From NCBI GenBank assembly GCA_039621445.1, contig CP154954.1:49517847-49581846 (forward strand): 64,000 bases of DNA, given 5' to 3'. A model generated the notes under the pieces. It made no database searches. It saw nothing but the letters and a program-made list of their open reading frames with translations, and was not told where the DNA came from. This DNA comes from Euglena gracilis. Taxonomy: Eukaryota. Shown here one piece after another: positions 1-13,700 of the stretch (positions are counted from its first letter, which is position 1; each line of letters begins with the position of its first letter). The position numbers and the translations under genes were made by a program.

Positions 1-1711
1 ATTTTATCACCACTCCTGAAAACAACTTAAACCTGAGAATTTTGGAATTTTTTTCATCAAAATGTATGTTTTTTCCGTGAAAAATTGGAGCCCAGATAGA
101 CATTATCCAGGCCCACAGCCACCGATGAGGGGTCCGGTGGCCTACGGCCATTGCGGCGGCGGGGGGGGCGGGGGGGGGGTCCCCCCCCCCCCCCCACCCC
201 CCCACACCCCCCCACACTTGTCTAGTGTAGGAGCCAGTTTTTGCAATATATGTCCAGGAGGTCTTCTTTGTGAATCATTGACAGGTATACACCGGCATTG
301 TGACATGCCTATGGATTATAGGCAGCAACTCTGTTACATTCCAGCCTTTTCTCAGGGTTTTCTCAGGGTTTTCTTTGCAAGTTGCATTTTTTTGCATTTT
401 TTTGCATTTTTTTGCATTTTTTTGCATTTTTTTGACTTGCATAATTTGAAGGGCCAAGTTGCATTTTCCCCCCCCCCCTGCTGACAGGAAAAAGCCGTAA
501 AAAATAAGGCAACAAAGAGGGAAAAAAAACACAACAGCAAAATGCAAAGAAAAGGGTGGAAACCTGCGGAAATAAAGAAATACCGAAATGCACCCCGACA
601 ACATAATTTTTGATAAAGTTCGGGAAATATGTTATTTGGGACACCAAGGATTGACAAAAATTTTTCTAGGTTTGGCAGCCACGAAATTTTCCAACTTTTA
701 TTCCCGGGCAGCAGTGCAGTCCACCGCTGGATGCCCAAGGTCTTCTGCTTAGGGTCTGTTGGAATTTTCATTGAAACGTTCCAGAAATTCTGTGCAGAAG
801 TCGGTTTTGGATTCTGTTCGCATGCTCCCTCCCCCCCCTCCTTCTCCAATGCCCTGGCCAACGTATGTGGCAGTGTTGCTGCCCACTTCCCCCCTGCCTC
901 TCCCTGCTCTCCCTCGCTGTGAGGACGAGCAAGCTTTTAAAAAAAAGAAACGGTGTACCGCCTATGATTCACTTGGGACATGCTTTACTGCCAAACTTTG
1001 TTTTGGTTGCTTTTACTGCCAAACTTTTTTGCCATCAGCCCTATGTGTTATGAAAACATGCAGAGGCTTATTATTCACTCAACGCGACGTTGGCAGTCAC
1101 AAAACAACCCCCCAAAAAATTGTGTTTGGAGTTGTCCCCTGGCTTGTTCTGATTAAGTCTTCAGGGAACTGTCATCCTGTCCATATTTTCCTATATTTTC
1201 AATTTTTCAATTCTTTTTTATGAGGTGTGGTGCCGTGAAAATTGCATCACTTATTCATCAACCTCGCCGGTCCCAATCCACCCGCCCACACCCTTCAAAC
1301 ACCCACCCCCCCCCTGGGGGTGGGGTCACGCAGGCGTCATGTGAATCTATAATGACCCCCAAATGGCGTTTCAGGTCTTCCGAAACATCATTGACCCCCT
1401 GTCATTTGATTTGGGGGGAGTTCATTGAACAAGAGCTATGGGTCTGGTTTTTTCCCAGGTGAAGGCCGGGGCCAGAAAATTTTTTCAGCGGTTCTGGGCC
1501 GATTTTGGCTGGATTTTGGGTGGTTGACCACCAAGGGGGGGGGGGGTGAGTGGGTTTTCGAAAAGTGGCTGGGTGGGTTTGGGGCTGGGAACAAAATGAC
1601 CTCCAGGGGGCCACCAAGTGAATCGATGTTTGGGGTTTGGGGTTTTTTTTAACTTGTGTCATCAGGTTTGTCTGCATCTGCGAGGTAGTCCGGAGACATT
1701 CCATTTGTCAG

Positions 1712-1778
1712 GTGGGGAGGAGGAAGTGGCTGGCCCGGCTTGATGGCGCCTCACTGGGTGTGGTTCAGGCTCGGCAGC
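1712..1778 (+). CDS. Putative exon VGRRKWLARLDGASLGVVQARQ(R)
   Basis: cag acceptor and gtgtcc donor; the phase-1 end matches the next exon. Confidence 0.5.
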
Positions 1779-4700
1779 GTGTCCCTCCCGCAGCCCTCCC
1801 TTCCCGCCAAACCAATCAAAATTTTCTGTGCCCCGCAGTCCGGCTGGGCCCTGCAACCCTCGCTTGTGCTGCCCTGTGGTGGTTGCCAGCACGGGGAGGG
1901 GCTACGTTTTCCACAGCGCATATGGGCATCGCACACACGTCAGAGTGTCCCAGACCAGGTTTATTTTTAACAACGCGACGAGGGGGCGCCTTGTGCGATG
2001 GGATGGTTGACGTATGGCACCCCTTCCCTGGGGGTGGGTTGGTTTTGGGCCGACCCAACCATTTTCACTTTAAAAATGGCCAATCTCGAGCCCAGTCAAT
2101 CACGTAGTCACTGACCGACCCCCCCCCCCCCCCGCCCCGTGGGGGCTGACTGGTTTTTTCAGAGTGACTGACTGGTTTTTGGCCCGGACTCCCTCCCCGG
2201 GGGGGGGGGGGGTCGGCAAAAAACCATTAAAGTGACCCCGCGCCGAAGGCGCCGGAAAATTTTTTGGCTTTTTTTTCATGTTTTCTGCTCAAATTTCTTT
2301 TGGATTCCAGAGTGGCCGACCCCCTGGGGGGGGGGGCAGTGACTGACTGTTTTCCCGAAACAGTGACTGACTGGAGAGTGGAGTGAACCCCCCCCCCCCC
2401 CCCCCCGGAGGTCGGTAAAAAAAATTGTGTGCTCGAGCCCACCGCACCTTCGCCATTGGGGTACACGAGCACCCCAAAACCCGACCACCCCAGAGGGACC
2501 CACCCCCCTACCTCCCTATTGCGCTCTCCCAAGGAGTGGACCTTTAAAAGAAACCTGTACCTGGGCCATGATTGAAGATAAGGAAAAGGGCCAACCTTAT
2601 GCGGGGGCCAAATTTGCATGTTAAAACTGTGCAAACGGCCTAAGGCCAACTTTAGGGGCCAAGTTTGCATGTCAGGAGGAGGGGTGCCAAGCACCCTGGG
2701 GGTACCACTCCCTGGTCAGTCTTAACCCCTTGGAAGGTTGGCGGGTGGACTGCCCCTAGTCGGGGGGGGGGGGGGGCACCCCATCTGAATACTGTGACTT
2801 TTTACATTGAACCCTGCCACCCCGCAGCCCTCTGGCTCTCTCGCAGTCATCCGCTTGGTTCCCACGGTCCCGCGTGTTCTGTCTGGTGGCCCCCCATAAT
2901 ATGATTTGAATCCATTGGTGCGGGTCGGCAGTCCGACCCTCTGACCCCACGTCGAATGACCCGGACTTGTTTCGTGGCCTCCTCTCTTTGAAGAAATCTC
3001 CCTTTTCCTTGCGCTCAGGATTTTTTTTTTTTTTATTTTAATCATTTTTTGATTTTTTTTGATTTTTTTGATTTTTTTTGATTTTGGCCGCACGCTACCC
3101 CTCACCCCCCCCCTGGCCCGTCGAAAGGACGTCCGGCCGGTGACTCCTCAGGGCACCGGGCCATGGACTTCGACTTCGCTGGCCGGGTCAGCCCCTCAGC
3201 GCCCTCCGCCTGGCGCATCCCTGCGGAGGCGCAGCAGAGGTCATGGGAGAGAGGGGGTGGTGCTGGCTTGCCCCTGCAGGCCATTTGGTGGACACAGTGG
3301 CTGTACCAAACCCCAACCCAGGAAATTCTCCTCTGGTTTTGTGCTCGCCAACGTGGTCTTTGGGATACCCCCCCCCAGGAAGGAGGTGGGGCCCTGTCAG
3401 GGTCCCGCCCGGGAAACTGGGTAAGAAATTTTCAGGGTCCCTGGTACCGGCCAACCTGTCAGGTGACAGTTTCCCCGGGGGGGAGGTATGGTCTCCCCCT
3501 TCCTCCTCCCTGCCAACCTTGATGGCTTTTTTTTGACAAAAAAAATAACAAGAAAATGGCCGAAGGTTGCCTGAAAATTTTGGTGCCTTTTTGTTTGGAT
3601 TTTTTTTATATTTCTGGCGTTTTATTTTTTTATATTTATATTTATATATTGTTATATATATTTATTTTATTTTGTTGTATTTATTTTCATTTATGTTACT
3701 ATTATTTTTTTCAATTTTTATTGCTGAAAAATACCACTTTTTGGGCGGTGGGTCTGGTTAATTTGCCCATCTGCCCAGGGAGTCAACTTGAAGGATGCAT
3801 GATCTTGCCCAACCCCAGGGCAGGGGGTACCTGAGAAGGACCCCAAAGTTCAATATTCTGCTAACTGCATTTTGTCCTAAAATTTCCAGCAATTTTGAAG
3901 ACAGAGAAAATTGCCCAAAATTGCCCAGAATCCAGCTAGAAATTATCAGTGCAAAGCACCAGAAATTTTTGAGAAAATGCCTAGAATGATGGGAAGATGG
4001 TTTTTTTTTGAGGCGGCTTAGACAAATTCAGAAATTTGTTTCAAAAATCTGCAATGTTTTTTTAGGAAACACTAACACGAAAATGATGGGAAATGGGGGT
4101 TTTGAGTTTTTCCTGATGGGTTCCCCCTCAGTGGTCCATCGCCTACCTAGGGGTAGCCCCAGATTTTAAAAAAAGCCTGATATGATCACATAGGGCATTT
4201 GAGCGTGCTTTGCATCTCTGCTGAGTCTTTTGGACACCATCCCTCCTTCAGAGGACAGAATTGGGAGGTTTCCCATAGTGTCGAGGTTTTGAATCGGGTG
4301 TGTGAAGGTTGATGGCTGGACATTTGGGGGAGACGGCAAACCCGCCATTCACAACAATGATTGTCTCGAAAAAACGATTTGACAGGCTCGGCTTATTGTT
4401 GGTTTTGACAACGCATTTTTGGACCCAAAATCACACATGGACTCAACGGTCATCGGGATAAACGTCGAATTTGGAACTGTGACAAATTCCGGATTCCAGC
4501 CAAACGGCACTGCGGGCATGAGCACGGCCCCTCCGCTGTTCTAGGGCCCCGAGCTCTATGAGCCCCACTGATGCGCCGCCTGCCACACGCCCACCCCCCC
4601 CCTGCCTGCCGCCCGGTGCCCGTCTACCTAGCTTCCCCTGCCGAGGGTGACCTGAGGCCACAGCTGCACCACTGCACTCGCACAGGCAACGCACACGCTC

Positions 4701-7700
4701 TTGCCGCGGACGGGCGGGACTGGGGGCAGCCCAACTGACCCCGGTCAGCCGCCGCCTGTTCCCATTCAGACTGTCACTGTGGCTTCTGGTTTTGGTGGTT
4801 CATCATCCCCCCAAAATGGCGTCCACGTGGTTTTGTTAACAGTCTGCTGTGGTGCAGTCGCTTGCCACTGGGGGTGGTCCTCGCAGGAGGAGGAGGCAGC
4901 TGCCAGTCCTCCTTTCCACCTGCCGCCCTGCTGGCGCCATCCTTGTGGGCGTCGTCTCCAAGCACCTTTTCACCCCGAGTTTTTTCCCATTCGGCATGGC
5001 TATATTTATCAAACTCCACCAAAAGGCGTGAATCGATCTCAAAATTTTCTTTCCCAGTGTGAAAGAAAGTTTCATCAATCAATTGATCAACTCAGACAAG
5101 CAGGAACGCAAAAAGGGTTGTGAGTGGTTCACAATTTTCTGGAATTTCTTTAAAAGGAAAGTTGCGCCGACGGGGTGCTGGGTGCCTTGGGCCCGGGGGT
5201 TGTTAAAAAGAGCTAGTATGGTGCCAGCGAAGACCCACAGGGGGAGGGGGCACCAACCAGCCAGCCAGCCGGGGGGGGGGGGATCGTAGGAGGAGGCTCG
5301 AGCTCGAACGTTCGAGGTCGAGCCTCCTCAAACATTTTTTTCAGCCCCGCTTCAGGGGGCTTAACCAGCCTCGACATTCGACGAGGCTCCAGACAGAGCC
5401 TCTTCGAACAAGCTCGAACAGCATTCGAGGATCTCGAGCCTCCTCGAATGTTGTTTGAGCACGCTCGAGGAGGCTCTAAAACCTCCTCCTACATAACCCC
5501 CCCCCCAAATAATACCCCCCCCCCCTCGGGGTCCGACTTCGGCCGCCGAAATAATACCTAATAATACCGAAGGCCCGGATTTTTGACCTGAAAATGTCGG
5601 TAAAAACCACAATCTCTGACAACAAATTACGAAAAAAATCAATTTTTCTGGCTCATCTGACCTCCATAAAATGGTAAATTTCACAAGAAAGTGCAAAAAA
5701 TGACCCCAAAGGGGGTTTTGGGTGCTATTTTGGGTTTTTACGGGACTTCGAAAAATTTCGAAAATTTTGGAAAAATAATACCCCCCCAAATAATACCCCC
5801 CCCCCCCCTCGGGCTGAGACTTCGGGCGAAAAAATAATACCCCGGGGGGGTATTATTTGGGGGGGGTTACCCCCCCCCGGGCAATTGACGCCCCTGGCTG
5901 TGCCGACCAATTTTTCACCCCGGGAAATTGTCGCACCCCTCCGTGCTGCCCAATTTGTCACCCCCCCCCCCACAGAGGATGTCTGTGAACTTTCTTTTCG
6001 CCGACATGACTCGATTGGTCTTCTATTTTTTTTTTTGCTACAACGTGCTAAGAACTGTCACATACCAAATGATCTGCACAATATCACAACCATAGCTGTA
6101 TTTTTGCGTGCCCACTTGCGTTTCAGATGGTGTTATTGGTCATTTGGTTTTAATGTGGCCTAAATGGGTGGACAATTGACGTCCCCGGGTAATTGACGCC
6201 CCCGGGCAATTGTCACCCCCCTCCGTGCTGCCCAAATTTGTCATGCAGCAATTGCCCGGGGGGGGGGGGTATGGGTTGTTTTGGGACCCTCTGTGAAAAG
6301 GTTGCCTCCAAAGAGGACTTGCACAACAAAACTTAGGCAGCGCATCTCGCACTTAAGCTTTTTTTGGTCGATGTGCGCATTTTCGCACATCGATCATTTT
6401 TGATTTGGGCTCCGGTGATGCAAGGGGTGAGAGAGAGAGGCACCAGGATTGGTAAAAATACGGGCGATTTCTCTTTTTGGGCACCGGCTATCCTGGGAAT
6501 TACGTGTTTTTTACTGGTTTTTTTTTGAGGTCGGAATGACACAAAAACCCCCGGAATGAAAAAAACACCGACAAAAACAATCAGAGGTCAAACAAAGGGA
6601 CATTTACAAGCCGCCGTTCTTTGTCACACAAAGAACGGTACCCATTCAAAATCCTTGTTCCAACCTTTACTTCTAGATCCAAGAAAAGGCAGGTGTTGTG
6701 TTTTATGTGGTTATATAAAAATGTGGAGTATATTTCCCAAATTTCATATGGTTGGTGTGCGCAAATGCGCACATCAACCATTGACTCAATTCTGCACAAC
6801 AACCACATATGTGTTTTGTGTAGGTGGTTGGTCTGCGCATTTGCGCACATCGACCACTTATATATTTGTAGATGGTCGGTGTGCGCATTTGCGCACATCG
6901 ACCATCTACAAATACACAATTACACAAATGCACAAATACACAAGTGATGCAGGATGCGGGGATGCGGCTATTGGAGCGGGATGCAGCGATGCAGGTGCGG
7001 CCACTGATGCAGGGATGCAGGTATGCAGCTGCTGGAGCGGATGCAGGGATGCGGGTTCGGCTTTCGGAGCGGATGCGGAGGTGCAAGTGTGTGGTTATTG
7101 GAGCGGATGCGGGGATGCAGCACGCTGTTGTGTTGCAGTGGATGTGGCTGGTGGAGCGGATGTGGCTGCTGGAGCAGATGTGAGTACTGGAGCAGATGTG
7201 GGTGCTGGAGTGGAATGCAGGAATGGGGGTGCAGGAACACCAAAAAAAAATTGCCAAAATTTGATGAAGTCGCAAAAAGAGTGGCCAAAAGAAGCCAAAA
7301 GTGGTCAAGGAGCAGCCAAAAGTGACCAAAAGTGAACAAAAAGTGGCTAAAAGTGACCAAAGTTGGCCAAGAGCAGCATAAAGGACCAAAAGTTTTGGTT
7401 GTTTTAGTGTTTTATCAGAGTTTTGGTTTGACCCATCCTCCCTTGGGAGGGTATTTTTTCTGACCAAAAAACCCATATGGTTGGTGTTCCCACTTCCAAT
7501 GGCATGGGTGCGGATCGACCACCCACGCACCAATTTTTTCCACCTGCTCATTCCGTTCCATGTCTAACTGTCACCTCAGCTGATAGTTGTGATGATGGAA
7601 AAGAGTTGCAGCAATGCAGTGCAAGATTTCTTGGTTTTTCCATTTCTTTGTTCGCATACACAAAAATTACAGAAGTTTGCAAAACAAAGCATATCACATC

Positions 7701-10700
7701 AAAAAAAAAATCAGAAAATGGCAGACCACAGTGAAGTTTGAAGCACAAATTAAAAAATTCGTACACCACGTCTACATGATGAGCCTCCCCTCCTTTCCCC
7801 TGTTCCGTCAGAAATAAAGAGAGGGCATTTGACTCTTTCGTTTTTCTAGTCACAATTCATATTTATTCGTGATAATTTGTGCTACCAAAAAGGTCCTGTT
7901 TCATTTCCTGCACAAAGCAGCAATACACATTGATAATACAACATAATTTTGTGGTTATTTGTGGTATTGTGCAGGATTTTGTGAAAATTACAGAATTTTG
8001 AAGAATTTTGCAAATAAAAACATTTCTGAATGATAGTGTAGGAACTTAGGTCAAGCTCAGGGAGGACTGCAGAAACCAGACAAAAAAGATATCTGTAAAT
8101 GTTTAAGGATATCTATCTTCCAAATTTGAATTGAAATGTCCGAAATGGCCAATAATGGCCAATAATGGTAGAAAATGATTGACAACTGGCCCCAAATTGA
8201 CAAAAACGGATGAAAAGTGCCCAAAGTTGCGATATTTAAGCCAAAAAAGGGAAAAAGTGGCCAACGATTCCAGCAGAGATTGATGTTGTGCCCGTGGTAC
8301 GCGCCCGCGTATGATGATGTTCACCCGTGGTACGCCTCGTTATAAACATTTAACCTTTTGATAGCATTTGCCAGGAATTAATGCTGTGACATGTGACAAC
8401 GAATCCTCTCTGAGGTCTTAGGTGCTTGGGCATCATCCCATATGGCGGACCGCAGTGGACTGCACACAACCGCTGACCGACGCCCCCCACCCCCCAACCC
8501 CCCCCCCAAACCCAAAACCAGGCTGTGAGGGAATCCCCGAAGCCCTTTTGGTGGTGGAAGGGGTCCAACCCCCTCCCACCACGCTCTTCCGTATTCCCAA
8601 GGGCGCCGATTTTGGCCAAAATTGTCTTTCGGCGCTGAAGATTGTTTCCTCTATTTCAACCCAATTTCAACTCTCTTTGTGTGCGTGTTGACCATCCCTC
8701 CAATTAACTCCATCCCTCTAATTAACAGCATAACTCCCCTTTTATTTTCCAGCGCTTTTTCTTTGTAATGTCTTTTTGTGTGCATGTTGTCCTCACCTTA
8801 TTTCTTCAATTAACATCATATATAAAATGCACGCAAAAGGAGTTGGCAGAAAGATGGAGTGAATTGAATATATGCCACATATATGACAGAAAGAAAACCT
8901 CACAGGATGCTCTCTTCTTGCTTTATTTGTGCTGCGCAGGACCACTGCATTACATCACACAGAGGGGTCGTGTGCCAAACAATTCGGTTACCTCCAGTTG
9001 CCTGATTGCTGTCCCGGATTCTCGTGATACATCTCTGCACATGCGGAGGAGGAGGCTCTCGAGTCTCCTCGAACTTCCTTGAACGATGTTCGAGGAGAGC
9101 CTCCTCCTACAAAGCCTCTACCACAAACCACCCAGGGGGGTCGACCCCCCCACCAGGCCTCCCACACAGCCCTGACCCAACCCCAACCCCCTCCCCCCCC
9201 CCAACCCGCTGCGGCTCTCTCCGACGGATGCCTGTCCCCTCCCTCCGTCCGTCCGCCATCCGCCAGGCCGGCAGGCAACACCCCAGGGGCCTTACAGCGG
9301 AAGACCCACTGGCTTGCTGCCCGCCGGTGCCCCGGCCAAAACCATAGCAACCCCAGACACCGTCATTGCCTTGGAGTGTGCTCCCTCGGTGCGGTGATTG
9401 CTTCCTCAGTGCCGTGCCCCAGGGAGAGTTTGCCACGCTGATAAAGGAGAAATGGACTCAAATAATCAAACCCAGTGGGAATTCCCGGATCAGGAACAGG
9501 CAATTGCTTAAGCACTGACCGACCCCCCCCCCCCGGGGGGTGGGTGACTGGTTTTTTCAGAGTGACTGACTGGTTTTTGGCCCGGACCCCCTCCCCCCCC
9601 CCCCCCGGGGGGTTGGCCAGGAGTGGGCAAAAGTGGCTTGAGTGACCCCGGCGCCGAAGGCGCCGGAAAAATTTTTTGGGCCTAAAATGGCTTAAAGTGA
9701 CTGGAAAGTGGCCGTTTTTCTGAGTGGCCGACCCCGGGGGGGGGGGGGGGTAGTGACTGGCTGGTTTTTTTTGAAAATGAGTGACTGACTGGTTTTTAAA
9801 AAAGCGGAGTCCCCCCCTCCCCCCCCCCCGGGGGTCGGTAAGCAATTGTATGATCAGGAAGTTGAAGGAGGTGGGGGTGGGGGTAAGACACATTTCCACC
9901 CTCTCGCGGAAAGCGTCACCTCGACAAGTTCCCGCTGAAATGGTATGTTGGAAAATTTTGGGTGTTTTGCTGACAGATTTTGCTGTTTGCAGAAATTTGT
10001 TGTGCACTACAAAATAAACCGTTTGCGTGGCAGGATCAATGTTTTTTTTTTAGTCGGATGCCTACCCCACCCCGGGGGGGATACTAGGGCAGGCACCCCA
10101 TAGCACCCCTGCCGACCCCCGGGGTGGGGGGGTGGGGTTTCGGGGGTGGGTTGGGGCACCCCTGTCCGGCTACCGATCCTGTTTTCTTTACCCTTTTGGC
10201 AAGGACCCACCCGACCCTGGGTTCCCCGGGCTGCCCTGCCCCCCCCCCCCCGAGCGGGGTGTGCCTGCAATGGGCAGGCAGGCACCCTATGGCACCCACC
10301 CACCCCCCTCTCCCCCTCGGTTGGTAAAAAAACCTGGGCTGGATTTCCAAGAGGGGAAAAGAGAGCCATCACCGCCCCCCCCCCCCAATGAGGACGTCAC
10401 CTTCCGGACTGGGAATTTGTCACCCCGGCTTGCATTCATTGAATGATTATGTTGGAAAGGTGTCAATTTCCCTGTGGGGGTACCATCAAACTTTCCACGC
10501 CAATCTTTTTGGTGGTGAGACACCATTCTTTTTGACAAACCTGCGGTGCCGACCCCCCCCCAACGGAGAAGTATGGCTCGCTTGGGCAACTGCAAGGCCT
10601 CTTTTGCCTCCCCAGCATTGGTGGTGCAATCTCCAAATATTTTTGACAGATCTCTTGCATCAATGAGGGGAAGGGGCAGGCAATCGAGATGCTTCTTCCC

Positions 10701-13700
10701 TCTTCTGATCAAAGTCCTGCCAAAATGACAGAAAACAAAAACGATGGGACTTAATTTGTCCCATCATTTGCCCTCCTCAAATTTCTAGCACTCCTTCACG
10801 GGGTTCTCCCTCTTATATCAAAAGGGGGCGGACGCCGGTTCTGTCCTGAACCCGGCGTCCCGTTCACGACAGAACCGGCGTCCCCCCCCCCTTGTTTAAA
10901 GCGGCGTTTTAGGGACGCCGGGTTCAGGACAGAACCGGCGTTCCCCCCTTTGGGCAAGGGAGCACAACCGTATCCAAAACCCTAACTCTAACCCTGACCG
11001 TATCCCTGACCCCAACCCCAACCCTAACCCTAACTGTATCCCAACCCTAACCCTGACTGTATCCCACTGAATCCCAAACCCCGTGTCCCTAACCCTAACC
11101 CTTAACCCTAACCGTATCCCTGACCCTAACCCTAACCCTAACCTTGACCCTAACCTTAGCCCTAAACGTATCCCTAACCCTAACCTGAACCCTAACCGTA
11201 TCCCTAACCCTAATCCAACCCCTAATCCTAACCCTAGCTGCGTCCCTGACCGTATCCCTATCTCGAACTGTAACCGTGTCCCTAACCCTAACCCAAACCC
11301 TAACTCTAACCGTATCCTGAACCCTAACCAAGCACCTACAGCTAAAATGGCCTAAAATGGCCTAAAATGGCCTAAAATGGCCTAAAATGACTTTTTGACC
11401 CCCTATAGGTGGGGGTCCCTAAAATGGCCTAAAATGGCCTAAAATGGCCTAAAATGGCCTAAAATGGGAAAAAAAATTTGCACAACAATTTTTTTTTACA
11501 GTGGATTTGGTGGAGGAGCACAGCCCCACAAGGCCCATTTTTTTTATCTCAACTAATAATAGTATCAGTCCCCAAATCCACGGTCCCCAACCTTCTTTTG
11601 GTAGCTGAATTTTGGGGGATTTTCCAAAACCACAAATAATCACGCCGAATGATCAAATGACCTAAACAACTACAAACAATTATGAATGAGATTATCTCTT
11701 ATTTATGAACGTCAATGCCAAAATCAAATTGAATTTCCCCAGGCAACAGCATCAAATTTGGCGTTGGACCGAAAATCCCCAAATGCCGTCTAAGGTTGGG
11801 GGTGTCTTATGGCGTGGGTGGGGTCTCTTATGTTTGGGGAGAGGTTAAGGCTTGGGAGTCAATCTGCAGGTACCAACTTTGTATGCATAATCCCTTTTTT
11901 TGTGCAAAGCCTGCTGAAAGTTTGACACTCGTGCAAACTTGCTCTCTCATCATCACGTCATAGTGGCCTGTGAATACCCAACAAAAAAATATTCACTCAT
12001 TACCCTCAATTCCCCCACCTTCTCGAGTTAAACCCCTCAAAATTGCTCTGCACACAACACACAACCTAAAACTTTGGGAAACATATATTTTGGACCAGAT
12101 GGGGAAAATATAAGCCACGTGCAGACAATGAAGATGAACTATTCCCCCAGAAAAGTCAGAAACTACTTTTTGCGAAATCCCTTAAAATGGTATAGATTTA
12201 GATTTCACAAAATACAAAAAACTGGACGCTTTTTTGGCAGCGCAAATAAAATCTTTTAATATTTGCCCAACGTTTTTTCCCCTGAAAATTTTTCACTGCC
12301 ATAAATTCTTACTGTTCAGAATTCCTCCTTGGGCATGAATTAAGATTTGTTGAGCTTCCCATGGTTTTGATCCAGTGTTCATGAATTTTGCATGCTTTTT
12401 TGGATGTACATTACTCATTACTGAATAAGAGAAGGTTCGCACAAGTTATCATGCAGTTTTCGGGACAAAAGTGACGCAAAATTATGATTTTCAGAACCAG
12501 GTTTTGAATAGTGCCGAGCTCTTAATAAGCGCGCACCCACCCCTTCATTGACCCCTCCATACATACCGGCACACCCCATGGAGCTCTTTTGACTGAAATT
12601 CATGTGTTTGTGCCAGAAACATGGCGCTGGCGGGTCGAAAAACGCTCGTTTTCGGCTCAAAACCAGTTTTTCTGGGTCCGGGAGGCCAAAAAACGTCGTT
12701 TCGGGCAAAAAAAAAAATTTCGATTTTTTTCGACTTTTTTGACCCGGATTTGACCCAAAGTCAATGGGTCGGCGGCCCAAAACGGGGCGCCGCCGGGTCG
12801 AAAAACGCTCGTTTTCGGCTCAAAAACAGTTTTTCCGGGTCCGGGAGGCCCAAAAACATCGTTTCGGGCAAAAAAAAATTTTTCGATTTTTTTCGACTTT
12901 TTTGACCCGGTTTTGACCCAAAGTCAAATGGGTCGGCGGTCGAAAACGGGGCGCTGGCGGGTCGAAAAACGCTCGTTTTCGGCTCAAAAACAGTTTTTCT
13001 GGGTCCGGGAGGCCCAAAAACATCGTTTCGGGCAAAAAAAAAATTTCGATTTTTTTCGACTTTTTTCGACTTTTTTGGCCGAAAACGGCTAAGTCGAACA
13101 GAGGGAAAAGTGTACAAAATGGCCTGAAATGGCCAAATTGGCCAAAGAAACGCCCGTATCTCGGGCTGGGCGGGGAGTTGCGGGGAAACCAAAATCCCAG
13201 TAGATAGAGCGTTCCAAGGGCTTCAATTTAGGTCTCCGGACATTTCCTTTGATTTTGCATCATCTTCGAGAAATTTTGAAAACATCGATTTTTTGACCCC
13301 CCCACCCCCCGAAAACGGCTAAGTCGAACAGAGGGAAAAGTGTACAAAACGGCCAGCTGCGCCGAAAACGGCCGTATCTCGGGCTAGGCGAGGAGTTGGG
13401 GGGAAATCAAAATACCGGTAGATGGGGCGTTCCAAGGGCTTCAAATTAGGTCTCCGGACATTTCCTTTGATTTGGCTTCATTTTGGAGATATTTTGAAAA
13501 TTGACATTTTTTGGCCCTCCAAGGGGGGGGGGGCTCATCCAGGGGGGGCGGGTAAATCCTACCGAGTTTGGACCCCTTCGCGCGTGAATAACTCGGGCCT
13601 GGCGGGGAGTTGGGGGTCAAACCCAGGTGATTCGGAAACTAGGAATCCAGTCGCTCGCGACTGGAAAAAAAAATTCCGGGAACCGGGCCGGGATCATGGT

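Noticed and set aside
111-160. Additional upstream exon of the carrier gene
   Set aside because: An acceptor is present but there is no donor with convincing phase, so it is left uncalled.
4774-5082. IDETFF as a DDE transposase motif
   Set aside because: There is no further catalytic motif or supporting context.
6556-7551. 259-aa and 282-aa ORFs
   Set aside because: They are translations of satellites, open on both strands and with no domain.
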